Shown here piece after piece: positions 33,701 through 44,880 of a stretch of DNA of 64,000 nucleotides. A program made the translations under genes and the position numbers. Below the pieces are notes generated by a model, which was not told the origin of the DNA, searched no databases, and saw only the letters and a list, made by a program, of their open reading frames with translations. Positions within the stretch are counted from its first letter, which is position 1; every line of letters starts with the position of its first letter. Source of the DNA: Corallochytrium limacisporum Hawaii (Eukaryota > Protista > Pluriformea); assembly GCA_002811645.1 (NCBI GenBank), contig PDIP01000073.1, positions 40,304-104,303 on the forward strand. The letters run 5' to 3'.

Positions 33701-36700
33701 GCAGCCGTGGGTATACTACAAAGGGCATGCTGATGTGCAAAACAACAACGGGTGTTTCCCAGCCAAGCATTCAATCGTCATCAGTGCGCACATGCATGCA
33801 TGTAGCCCGTGTGAACGGAAGAAAAGGCATTAACCTACCCACAACCCAAGCACCATATTGTTTCTTCCGTCTCTACTTGTTCCATTGTATGGCTTAACAC
33901 TTTCCAAATGGTAGAAAGAGGCATGATTTCAACATGGTCTTCGTCGTCATGCTTTTAATCACTACAAAGCTGTCATACTCATCGACAACCTCATGCCCCT
34001 GCCGTTCATACCTTTCCCAGACACAGGTCCGATTTGGCCCTTGTACGTGCGTCTCGCATTACTACTGGTAAAAGACCTGTTGGTAGGTAGGAAGTCAAAC
34101 CTACCGCGCCATATCCAAACCCACACGGGCAGACGCCGGGGCGCTGGTCTCTGTCGAAGTGACACTACATTTGGAATCTTGAAATTTTACCGCCAAAAAT
34201 TTTCATTTAATTTTGGGCCTGGCAGGGAGGGGCGGATCCAGTCAACTCGTCTCGATGACATCGTCTCACAGTTGCACATGGTTACTAACGTAAGAACATC
34301 AGGGCGTGCCCTGCGCTTGACCTCTTTCTGTCTCTGTGTTCCCTGTTCTTTTATTTGTAAGCGAACAACAAGCACATGAATGCTAGGCATTTGGTACCAC
34401 GGACTCGAAAGGCCTTCAGGAGGAACATGTCTCCTGGAGCGTGTTGGTGATTTCATTCGTGTTTTTGGCGGCTGGTATTTGGGCCTGCTTGAGACCGCAT
34501 GCTTTTGTATTGCCGGCACTTGACGGTACCCACATCACTAGGGCATCAAGCAGCAGCAGCTACAAGCGATCGACATCAAACCGACCGGCACCGTTTCCAT
34601 AGACAACAACTTCAGATTCAACTGTGGATAAGCATCCCCCACCATGCGCGAGAATAACCTTTCCCCTCCCTTTCTTGAATGCACAGTGTTGGATGTTTCA
34701 AGTGCCAGCTTTGGAGAAGGCATGTGGGCAAAATACAAAATCTTCGCGCTCAGTTTCACGTATCTATCTGGCTATGCTGCGGCGTTTGGGAAAGTTTCTA
34801 GGACATTGTGGATTCTCATTTTGTCATCCACGCCCGCTTAAAACTGGCTTATTTCTAAGACTCTCAGTGGTGCTGGTGTCAACGGTAGAACACAGAACGT
34901 CAACCGATCAAGCAACCCACAAGGTCTGAAGGAATGGAACGAACCAGCTGGACTACTGCGCTTCCTCGTGTAGCCCTCTCGGGGGCCATATTTTGACAGC
35001 GGCTCGTTTGTATACAACTGGTCCTCTGAATATTTTCGCGCGCTTCGGCCGATGGTTGCTGAGCAGGACCGTGGTGCCGGATCAAGGGCAGAACAAAATC
35101 AAATTGAACTATTTATTAGGGTTTACAGCTATTTATTGTAATGAGTTTGGTTTGGGGCTTCAGTGTCTTCTACGAAAATACGCCTACTATCTCGTTTGGC
35201 ACGCGTGAGTAGGTTGGGGAACGGAGCAAAGGCGGCCATTGACCAAAAGCGGGCTCAGGCAAGCTTGCGGAATCTGATACTCCTGGACCTGCAGCGGCGA
35301 ACCTCTGGCTTGTACTATGGCTTGCCCTTTCCACTCCCGAGGGCTACATACTTTGCCTGCTAAGACTTCTGACAAGGATGCGAGCGTCAGCCACACGGCA
35401 TGTTAAGCATTTTCCTCTTTGTTGCTCTCAAAACAGGTATGCCCGTGCGTCTGCAAATTTCTACGCAATATCGCAGATGCATTTCGCAAGCCATCGGCTC
35501 CTTAATATCACTGGTTTTGACTGCAATTTCGTCCAATGCCACCACACTTGTCAGCCACGCATTCCTTTCACTACGTTGAATCCTTATGTTGTTCCTTACC
35601 ACTATCACTCCACTCACAACTATTCCTTTTGACAATTGCCCCAAACGATCAGGGCCTCAGCATGCTCTAGATCTTTTCAGCGATCGTCAATTCTGCTGAA
35701 ATGCCCACCCCTTCTTCTTGATTGCCCTGGAATGTCTGGATGAATACTCCGACGACAACTTACAAGAATCAAAACAAGGAATGCTTAGCATGTGCTCACC
35801 CAAATTGACAGTATATTATATGTTTAGGGATCATGGGCACTGAGCATCTGAGAACATATGGCTATCACATACCTGGATGTCCATAATGGTAGATGTCGTC
35901 GGGTGTGGGCAATCTCCCTGGCTTGGCTGGGGCCTGGCGGGGGTTGCTCAGGAGTACTGGACCCCGGCTTGGTGAGCGTGTTGTGTACGTCCTCCTCTGC
36001 CAACACCACCACCACCACTCCGGAATTGCCACAAACTGTGCAGACCCGCATGTGGAAGTTGCAAATGAAGCCGAACATATGCCCGCGCCGCGTCCAGTTC
36101 CGTAGTTTACGGAAAATCTGCAGACATATGCCGGGCACATTTCTCTCCGAAGTATCATACGGCAATGTGCCCTACCTAACCACCCACTTTCGGAAAAGCA
36201 AAGCTCCGGCCCATAGAGCCTGCATCGCCTAAGGCTTTCGGGTGAGACGATGGTTGCGTGACACCTCCTGCAATTGGGAGACACAGAGAGAGCGAGAGCG
36301 ACAGAGCGACAGAGAGAGACACTGAGAGAGTTTGGGTGGCTGCTGTTGAAAAGAAATTTCTTCTCCACCCATCTTCTTCCGTGGCCCTTCTGATCTCCAT
36401 GGCCAGAGACTCCCTCCGTACTTTCAGTACAGTCGTTGACCGCCGGGGATGGTGCCAGAGGTCGCCTCCCCTGAGCACAACGACGCATTTTTGATACCGC
36501 CCTTCGTCTGAATGCGAGGGGGCCGCCGATGCCCTCGTGTGATAGACCCGACTTGTGTTGATATCCTGTGTGCCCTGTTCAGTATTGAACCCGATATTAA
36601 GCACGTCGGGACCTATCTCAGATGCTATGCCCCCAATGTTCGCACGTAGCGTACGCAGCAGCAAAAAGAGAAAGACAGAGACACAGAAGTCCGCGCGACC

Positions 36701-36919
36701 TGTGCAGACATGGTCCGCCTCCGCTTTGCGGAGCTCAGTGGCTTTTCCACCGCTGGATCCAGGTTGTCTCGCCCGTTGGCATTTACTCGGTAATGAATGT
36801 ATAGTCACCACGACAATGTTTTGTGCGAGAGCTTCCGTTTGTGGCCCCCCCCCACCCCACGGGGGTCGGCCTTGGTATTTCTCCACTGCGTGTCCTCCCT
36901 CCTTCCCGGGGGGGGGCAG

Positions 36920-37156
36920 NNNNNNNNNNNNNNNNNNNNNNNNNNNNNNNNNNNNNNNNNNNNNNNNNNNNNNNNNNNNNNNNNNNNNNNNNNNNNNNNN
37001 NNNNNNNNNNNNNNNNNNNNNNNNNNNNNNNNNNNNNNNNNNNNNNNNNNNNNNNNNNNNNNNNNNNNNNNNNNNNNNNNNNNNNNNNNNNNNNNNNNNN
37101 NNNNNNNNNNNNNNNNNNNNNNNNNNNNNNNNNNNNNNNNNNNNNNNNNNNNNNNN
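36920..37156. other. Assembly gap (237 N)
   Basis: N run. Confidence 1.
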
Positions 37157-38067
37157 GGGAGGGTGGAGAGATTTGGGGAAGGGGGGTTTGTACCCTTGCA
37201 CCTTCTCCCGCGACTCGGTACATGCAATACTGGAAGAAGGGGCAGGAGGGCTTGCACTTTGTTGCGGCGGGTAACGCTCGGGAGGGCCTGCCAAAGTATT
37301 TTTTCTTTCCTGTTTCATTCTCCGATCTCCTCCGCGCAGTCCCTTCCCTCTGTGTACTTCAGTATATTCAGTACTGGAACAGTGTTATTCACTGTTTTCG
37401 ACGGGGGTTAGGGGCTGTCGGGGGATCGGGTCGGAGGATCCAAGGGAACCCGGGGAGGTTGGGTTTGGGTCCCTTGGTTGCAGCCGAATCAACGGACAGA
37501 CGGTTCTACGGAAGGTCTTTATTCACCAAATGTTAGAAAATGTGATAATACTTAATATGTTGAATATAAAGGTTTTGGATCTTCGGTTTGGTGGACGTAT
37601 CGTTTTGCTGGCGCGACCGCCCTTTTTGGTTTGTTGCCCTCTACACGGTCCACCCTGCGCGCCGGTCCACACGGGGCCTTTCCGACATTCTCCGACCAGG
37701 ACTAATGTTCCTGAAAGTAAATTTTGTAGCACTACTGATTTGCTTCCGACCGCAATGGAATTATCCAATGGACGGAAATGCTTACAAGCCTGTGGTGGTA
37801 TTCAAACAGGTCACTGGACTAGCTGTCGCACATAAAAGAGGAAGCTTTCCTTGAATCCAACAGCCTTGGCGAGACACCGTCACCGTTGTAATTCCCTTTC
37901 AGGGGGGTGCCAAAAGAGAACGCACAGGCTTACATGTCATGGTAGTAGGGTATCTGCGGAACGCGAACTTAAAGAAAATAGTAGCTTAACTTATCGATAC
38001 CTCTGGCGAGATGGGTCTCAGTGGTGTTCTGCGGCGAATGCCCCTCTGTGGGCTTCGAAATATTGCC

Positions 38068-39390
38068 ATGGATGCCGGACCGTCATTTTCGCCCGAACGG
38101 CACGCAAACACAGAGCAAGAGGCAACCGACGAAAACGAAGACTTGTATGCAGAGATTAGCGCGCGTGTTCCGCGACTGAGCAGCTTGAATAGCCGTCGCC
38201 AACGTGTGCGCAGCGCGAGCAGTGGATCAGACATTTCTGGTGCCGACGAAGAAGAGGTACGGCAGGTTCCGACCCTGGGTGAAATCGCGGCACGCACTCT
38301 TGTGATAGATTTGGTTCGGACAGCTTATGACTGGAATGAGGACCAGGTGAAAAACTTGGAACAAATGCTAGATTGCGCCAACATCCCGACCTATCTCAAA
38401 ACCTTTATTCTGGAGGCTGTGGGTGGCCCTGCGCCTGTAGATCACCGGCTGCGATACCCTCCTCCGGACTCATATATTGTGCGCCGTGACAGCAATGAGA
38501 CAGTTAATGATCGCTATCTCACTTTCCGCACCCAGGACCGCACACCGAACGAAGAGATTATCCGCGTGATCTCTCGCTATCCTCAGGTGGTGAGCCTCGA
38601 CCTGTCGGACTGCATCGAATTAACCAACGGCACTCTGGTCTCAATAGCTAAGCAATGCTCACGTATTCGGGCGCTGTGGATTAACACCTGCTACTGTATC
38701 AACAGCCGGGGACTGCGTAGATTCTGTAAGCGGACTCCCGATCTTGTCACTCTGGAGGCGGAGCGATGTATCAACATCAAAGATGACGTTCTTATTGAAC
38801 TGCCGAATCTTTGCCCACGGCTTCAGAACATTAACTTGAATTATTGCAAACACATTACGGACCGCGGCATGGCTTCGTTGACACAGCTGCGTCTGGGCAG
38901 TTTGCGGGCGCGCAACTGCATGCGTCTGACCGATTCGACACTGAAGATGATTGGCGAGGAGTGTCCGTCACTCCAACTACTGGATCTCAGTTATTGCATT
39001 CAGCTTACCGATGTCGGAGTTGTCAACATGTTCACGCAAGGTCAGATGCGTCACCTGCGACACATCAATCTGCGAGGCTGTCATAATTTGAGCATTGGAA
39101 CCACTCGTTGCATTGCGGTACATGCCAAGCAGATGGAGTATATTGATTTGTACGACTGCCCAAAGGTGCCATGGGGTGAATTTCTGATTATTGTTCAGGA
39201 GTGTTCCAATGTGCAAACCTACATCAGTAACGCCTTTAGCATTACCGATGCGTCACCGCGTCAGATAAACTTGCTGTTGCGCAGTTTCGGATCGAGTGCA
39301 CCAAGCATCGAAGGACTTTCGGACATTGATCTCATCCGAATTGCGGCAGAGTCTAGTGCCGATGCTGTCACTGGGATCTTTGCCGCATGA
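38068..39390 (+). CDS. Cysteine-containing LRR protein (AMN1/FBXL/Rad7-like) with a putative N-terminal BC-box
   Basis: About 8-9 LxxLxLxxCxxI/LTDxG repeats. VPTLGEIAARTL and IPTYLKTFIL precede the LRRs. Start placed at gccATGg (38068); in-frame ATGs also occur at 38011 and 38038. Confidence 0.8.
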   Translation: MDAGPSFSPERHANTEQEATDENEDLYAEISARVPRLSSLNSRRQRVRSASSGSDISGADEEEVRQVPTLGEIAARTLVIDLVRTAYDWNEDQVKNLEQMLDCANIPTYLKTFILEAVGGPAPVDHRLRYPPPDSYIVRRDSNETVNDRYLTFRTQDRTPNEEIIRVISRYPQVVSLDLSDCIELTNGTLVSIAKQCSRIRALWINTCYCINSRGLRRFCKRTPDLVTLEAERCINIKDDVLIELPNLCPRLQNINLNYCKHITDRGMASLTQLRLGSLRARNCMRLTDSTLKMIGEECPSLQLLDLSYCIQLTDVGVVNMFTQGQMRHLRHINLRGCHNLSIGTTRCIAVHAKQMEYIDLYDCPKVPWGEFLIIVQECSNVQTYISNAFSITDASPRQINLLLRSFGSSAPSIEGLSDIDLIRIAAESSADAVTGIFAA

Positions 39391-39559
39391 CTGGGGAAGG
39401 CCCATCAAGCGCACGGACGTCAATGAATCGTAAAACTAGTAGAACAGTGTACCAACATCTACTGTAGCTTCAGCGAAGGACAGACACCTCCTTGTAAACT
39501 GAAGAATAGCTCAATAAATGTAAAAACTACTAAAGTATGTACAAAAATGGATTGCTTTC

Positions 39560-40585
39560 TTAAGAATAGTAGCGTTCTTTGACAGCCTGGTAGACTTCCT
39601 CGGGATCAAAGGCGAGTGACCGGTCCTGTTCCAGCTTCTTGACAAGATCGGCTACGTACGCATTGCACGGTGTAGGAACACCGTACGCCTCGCCGGACCG
39701 GACAACCTCACCGTTCAGGAAGTCAATCTCTGTCTTGTTTCCGCGACGAATGTCATCGAGCATGCTGGAGACCGCCTTGTCATCCACATCCAACGTGCGA
39801 GAGCTCAGTATGCGATACAACCACGTAGGTGTCACAAGCATATACGAAATTGCGGTGATTCCGATTGGACGATGAGATTTGGGAACCACGCCCATCGCGT
39901 TGCATACGTTGACAGCCTCAGTTAGTAGATAGCTAAACACTGCCCGCCAGTACCAGTTGCCCAGCATTGGGACGTACGGCACCCCGCTGAGCGCGTTCAC
40001 AGAATTGGAGAGATTCGTCATCAGCTTACCCCACTGCCAATTCAAAAACTCTTGGCGGCCATACACATCACAGTGCACGCCAGCGCCCCGCAGGGCGACT
40101 ACCAGGCCCTTGTCCGCATTATCAAGCATCGTAAGCCCACCGTCTGTTCCCTGGTGGAAACTACCATTGTCCAGGTACGCCACGTTGAATCCGACAATGG
40201 TTGGCACCACAGTGAAGCCGGGAAGTCCTTCCTTCAGCACTTCTTCGTTGCGCAGGCCGTTCTGAAAGCTCAGGATCTGGCAGGTCTTGGGTAGCAGGGC
40301 GAGATCAGACAGAATGTCGTGGGTGGTAAGGCTTTTGACGGCTACAATACAGTGCGTAAAGTTCTTGTCCGGAATGTCCTTGACCGACTTGTGCCAGTGC
40401 ACGTCACCGGGGGGAACCACAAATCTTTGCCCGGGTTCCAAATGGCAGGTTGCGGAAAAGCCATGTTTTTTGACAGCATTGCCAATGCGATCACGACCGA
40501 CGTACTCCACTGCAATGCTGGTGTGTTGCAGACGAGCGCCTACATAACTGCCGATGGCCCCTGCTCCGTGTACAAGGATCCGCAT
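39560..40585 (-). CDS. 2-dehydropantoate 2-reductase (ketopantoate reductase, PanE/ApbA family)
   Basis: GAGAIG Rossmann motif, VAVKS, FQNGL, QWGKLMTN, SSMLDDIRRGNKTEIDFLNG. Confidence 0.92.
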   Translation of the reverse strand: MRILVHGAGAIGSYVGARLQHTSIAVEYVGRDRIGNAVKKHGFSATCHLEPGQRFVVPPGDVHWHKSVKDIPDKNFTHCIVAVKSLTTHDILSDLALLPKTCQILSFQNGLRNEEVLKEGLPGFTVVPTIVGFNVAYLDNGSFHQGTDGGLTMLDNADKGLVVALRGAGVHCDVYGRQEFLNWQWGKLMTNLSNSVNALSGVPYVPMLGNWYWRAVFSYLLTEAVNVCNAMGVVPKSHRPIGITAISYMLVTPTWLYRILSSRTLDVDDKAVSSMLDDIRRGNKTEIDFLNGEVVRSGEAYGVPTPCNAYVADLVKKLEQDRSLAFDPEEVYQAVKERYYS

Positions 40586-41635
40586 GATTGTCTGTGTCTT
40601 CGTGGATGGGACGTATCAATGGATGTCCTGCTCGTGCGCAGCACATTGGCATCTTCACAGGTCCTCCTTTCCCAATTAGCTAGCCAGTGACTGCTCACGG
40701 TATTTCTGGGTTCGCACCACCAGTGGCAGTTACCGATATCGTTTGGAAAGAAGATGGGGTCCCGCTGCTCCGTGGAGCTGCTGGTGCGTTTAGGCGTTGT
40801 CAATGGCCGTCGTCCTACCACGGTTATGTCAACCGACTTATCAGGTGACGGAACCACAGAAAAAGTGTCATGGCGAGAGTTGTCTGTAACCTCCCGGGCC
40901 CGTCGTGGTTTCGGAATTGCGTGGTGATTTTATAGAAACTGGCCTGCTCTGTTTACTTCGCCCTTTTGATTTTTGTGGGCTTTTCGGGTTCGGGGGGTTT
41001 CCTCTTGTCACTGCGCACCATCCGCCATTGACTTGGCCCGGTGTTTTTATTGCAAGGCACCCCCCCCCGGGGCCGGGACCCTTCGGTTCTCTCTCAGGGA
41101 AACAAACCAAAGGAAGAGGGAGTGGACAATAACCACCCCCCCCCCTCTCTCCTCCTCCCTGACCCCTCCACCAATTCGCCCGCCGTGGCTCACCCCTCGC
41201 TTTGGTCCGCGGATCTCTTTCGCGTGTCTTTTTTTCCTATTTTTATATTTATCTCCTTTCAAAGTTTTTTTTGGAGTGTCCGTTCGTGCACCTCTCGCTC
41301 CCTATCTTCCCTCTTCCCGGTAAACAGTACGGTGCGGACCACTTCGACGACAAACGCCAACAAACGCACACTCACCACCCCCCCCCCCGGGGGGGCAGCG
41401 AATCTTATGTCGTCGATTCGTATTGATTGCGTATGTCCCCGAGTGGTGTGCCAGGACCGGTACTGAACTCACACTGGTTTGCGGTCGCTCCGCTCCTCAC
41501 AACCCAACCCCCCCCTCCCTTCTCCTCCCGGGGCGGGTGGAGGAAGGTCAATTTGTGTAGGAGCGGTCCGGTGCGCTCCTGGTGACGCATCGCGTACGCA
41601 GCTGCGGATCAGCCAAGAAGAACCCACCAGATCTC

Positions 41636-41638
<3 letters not shown>

Positions 41639-41678
<40 letters not shown>

Positions 41679-41842
41679 TTNNNNNNNNNNNNNNNNNNNN
41701 NNNNNNNNNNNNNNNNNNNNNNNNNNNNNNNNNNNNNNNNNNNNNNNNNNNNNNNNNNNNNNNNNNNNNNNNNNNNNNNNNNNNNNNNNNNNNNNNNNNN
41801 NNNNNNNNNNNNNNNNNNNNNNNNNNNNNNNNNNNNNNNNNN

Positions 41843-41880
<38 letters not shown>
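41639..41880. repeat. (CT)n microsatellite interrupted by an assembly gap (N at 41681-41842)
   Basis: CT runs on both sides of the gap, both followed by ACCTT. Probably one repeat duplicated by the assembler. Confidence 0.85.
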
Positions 41881-41883
<3 letters not shown>

Positions 41884-42703
41884 TTTTCGTTTTACCCTTT
41901 TTTTTTTCAAGTTCGTGGTCCTGGGTTTTGGTCCCTTTGTGTTTCTCTGTTGCTCCCCGGGATGGTTTTTTTGAGGGGGCTATTCTCACCACACCACCGC
42001 CTGTTCGACCGCTGTGGACTTCATTCAAAACCCGTGTCCGTTTTTCCTTGCAAACCGACCCGGTTGGCATCCGGTTCCTTGCACACAGGGGGGGGGGGGG
42101 GTTGGAGGTAGAGGATGGGTATGTCGTTATTCTTTTTCGGCCTTTGGATACTCGTTCCATGCGATGAACACGCACACAACGCATCCTTCAACGGAAACCC
42201 TAATCCGCTTTCCCTCAGACTGCTGGGACGAGTGCCTCTATCTCTCTCTCTCTCTGTGTCTGTGGGTACAGAGTGTCCCTTGTCTGGGTAGTCCGTCGTC
42301 AGTCTCTCTGGCTCGCTCTCTCTCTCTCTCGCCCTTCAGTGTCCGGACTCGTAGCCCGTCCCTCTCCCCCCCCCCAAACTCCTCACTACCCCCTCCCCTG
42401 TTGTCTCTGTCTTCCGAGTTCCATAGTATCATGGACCCGGGAATGGATTTTTTTTCCCCGAGTTTTAGTGCGCACGGAATTCTTGCGTGCCTGACTGAAC
42501 TTCCAATCATGTGCACTGGGGTGTTTGGAACCGTGAGACTGAGTCTGGGAAGTCTCCCGTGACTAATGCGTACGCCAGACTCGATAATGAACAAAGCATG
42601 AAGATCAGGAACAGTAATAGAAACAGGTATATAAGATTCGATGATCCGAGAAGTTGGTGGAGTCGATACAGCACGCACGACAAACGCGAACGGAAGATGA
42701 TAC

Positions 42704-44800
42704 ATGAGCAGCACAATGCCCGGTAGAGAACCGAGTACTGAACGGATGGGGAGACAGCCAATCTACCGACTGCTGTCGGCCAGTGCCATTCTTGGCTACG
42801 GCTTTGATGAACAAGCCCTCGTTGATGGAGCCTCAAGGGGTGTGGATTTAATCGCCGCTGATGCCGGATCTATGGACGCCGGTCCGTACTACCTAGGCAG
42901 TGGCAAAATGTATGTTGAGCCCCCGGCGCTGAAACGTGACTTCAAGATCATGATGCAGGAGGCGCTAAGACACAGCGCCCGTGTGATTGTGGGCAACTGC
43001 GGCTTCGCCGGCGGTCAGAGTCATCTGGATCAATTTTTGGAGATTGTCGAGGAGGTGTTTGAGGAGCTGGGAGTGGCTGATATCAAGGTTGCAGTAATCG
43101 AAGGCTCTGTGGACAGTGACCTGCTCTCAGGATCTATCCATGAGCTCCAGGGACTGGGATGTATGCCCGAGATCACCAAAGCGGCGGTTCAAGAGTGCGT
43201 CTGTGTGCCACAAATGGGCGTTGCGCCCCTTATCACAGCCCTAAATCACAATGCGCGTGTGATTTTCACAACCCGTGTCTGCGACGTCGCCATCTTTGCC
43301 TGCGATCCTCTTCGTCAAGGTATCAAAGCAGGCATTGCCTACCATGCTGGTCATGTGCTTGAGTGCGGTGCCTTGGCTGCAGATCCTGGATCCGGCTCAG
43401 ACTGTTTGCTTGCTGAATTTTTTGATGACGACAGCGTGGAATTCATAGCTCCGAATCCGGTGCGCGTCACAAGTCCCAAGTCTGTGAGTGCACATTCACT
43501 GTATGAGGAACCAAATCCGTGGGTGCAGCACTACCCTGAAGGTGTGCTCAGCTTCATAAACACTGAGTACTACCAACAGAGCGACAAGGTGGCCGGTCTC
43601 CGCGGAAGCGAGTTCTTCCACCGCGAACCGAGCCTCAAGATTGAAGGCACTCGATGCATCGGCGTTCGCTCTGTGGCACTATTGTCATGCGACAATGAGC
43701 TGAAAGCATCCGATCAGTACCTAATCTACGGTTTGAACGGAGTCGAAGCACGTCCTGTACCGGACGACGGCAGTATAAACGAGATTGGCATTCTCATCGA
43801 AGTCAAGGGATCAGATGAGGAGCGGGTCCACACACTGGCCAGTCTACTGAAGGCTGGCTTCCTGCACTACGGATTCGAAGGAAGACTCTCCACCGCTGGC
43901 AATATGGCATACCCCCTCTCCCCGTCTTCGTTCTCCTATGTTCAGGACCCGGATACCCATGTAACCCTAGTGGTTGGTGGCAGCAGGGACCCTGAGTTTA
44001 TCCGGCGTTACGATACCCTTCGCAAAGGCGTGTTGGGCCGTGTAAAGTCGCAGCATCCCGAACTGTACACCTCTGCAACGGTCAATGTGCACTGCTTTGA
44101 TACAAATCGCAGGCTGCTTTTCATTGACACAATCGCGGAAAGCAAGGAAGCTTCACTGGCAAAGCAACGAGCGCTGATCCAAGAGCTGGCAGATCACCTT
44201 ACCGGCGAGATACGTCATGTCAGTGTCTTCAGTGGTGACGTCTATGTGTGGACTCTGTTCCATATCACCCACGATGCTCAGTTGATCAGATCGGCGTTCA
44301 AAATTAAAGAATACAATGTGACCAGGGATGGCCACAGACGAGACCAACGCACCGTCATCCAATACGCCCCAGCAAACGTGAGTGTCGGATCCAAGAGAGG
44401 GCCGACGGATGAAGAATTCGCAAATTGGGGCATGATTGAACTGCAAGCGTCAACGGGCGATAAAGTCCTCGTGGCACACAAACCTCTTGTCGATATGGCC
44501 AGTGTAATTCGCAGCAAGGACGCTGGCATCAACACTCTGACCTACGACATTTTCTTCAAATCAGACGAAGATCTCGATGACGCTGTGGCCTCCAATCTCT
44601 TTACAGTCGATGCCATGGCCAAGACATTCGATGTGGAACCGGAGACAATGATAGGCACCTGGGCCGTTCGAAACTGCCGCGCGATCAAAGTGTCACGCTT
44701 CCGAACGCCAATATCCGGGATGCCGGGAGACCGTGACGTCTTTGGAGCACAGCAACACTCTGTCCTGACGACGTTGCAGATACCGATCTACCAAAAATAA
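42704..44800 (+). CDS. AtuA-like (DUF1446) protein fused to a C-terminal DUF4387-like domain
   Basis: ILGYGF...DAGSMDAGPYYLGSG, HAGHVLECGA, SVSAHSLYE, LHYGFEGRLSTAGNMAYP, and C-terminal VIRSKDAGINTLTYDIFF...DVFGAQQH. The start may be 42716 or 42746. Confidence 0.8.
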   Translation: MSSTMPGREPSTERMGRQPIYRLLSASAILGYGFDEQALVDGASRGVDLIAADAGSMDAGPYYLGSGKMYVEPPALKRDFKIMMQEALRHSARVIVGNCGFAGGQSHLDQFLEIVEEVFEELGVADIKVAVIEGSVDSDLLSGSIHELQGLGCMPEITKAAVQECVCVPQMGVAPLITALNHNARVIFTTRVCDVAIFACDPLRQGIKAGIAYHAGHVLECGALAADPGSGSDCLLAEFFDDDSVEFIAPNPVRVTSPKSVSAHSLYEEPNPWVQHYPEGVLSFINTEYYQQSDKVAGLRGSEFFHREPSLKIEGTRCIGVRSVALLSCDNELKASDQYLIYGLNGVEARPVPDDGSINEIGILIEVKGSDEERVHTLASLLKAGFLHYGFEGRLSTAGNMAYPLSPSSFSYVQDPDTHVTLVVGGSRDPEFIRRYDTLRKGVLGRVKSQHPELYTSATVNVHCFDTNRRLLFIDTIAESKEASLAKQRALIQELADHLTGEIRHVSVFSGDVYVWTLFHITHDAQLIRSAFKIKEYNVTRDGHRRDQRTVIQYAPANVSVGSKRGPTDEEFANWGMIELQASTGDKVLVAHKPLVDMASVIRSKDAGINTLTYDIFFKSDEDLDDAVASNLFTVDAMAKTFDVEPETMIGTWAVRNCRAIKVSRFRTPISGMPGDRDVFGAQQHSVLTTLQIPIYQK

Positions 44801-44880
44801 AACTCCAACGCGTTGCTTGCACAATGCTCGCGCGACTTTTTATTCATATTGCTTTTCCATACAACACCAGATAGTAATCT

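Noticed and set aside
41671-41890. Apparent direct repeat (CT)n-ACCTT on both sides of the gap
   Set aside because: Most likely overlapping contig ends of a single microsatellite.
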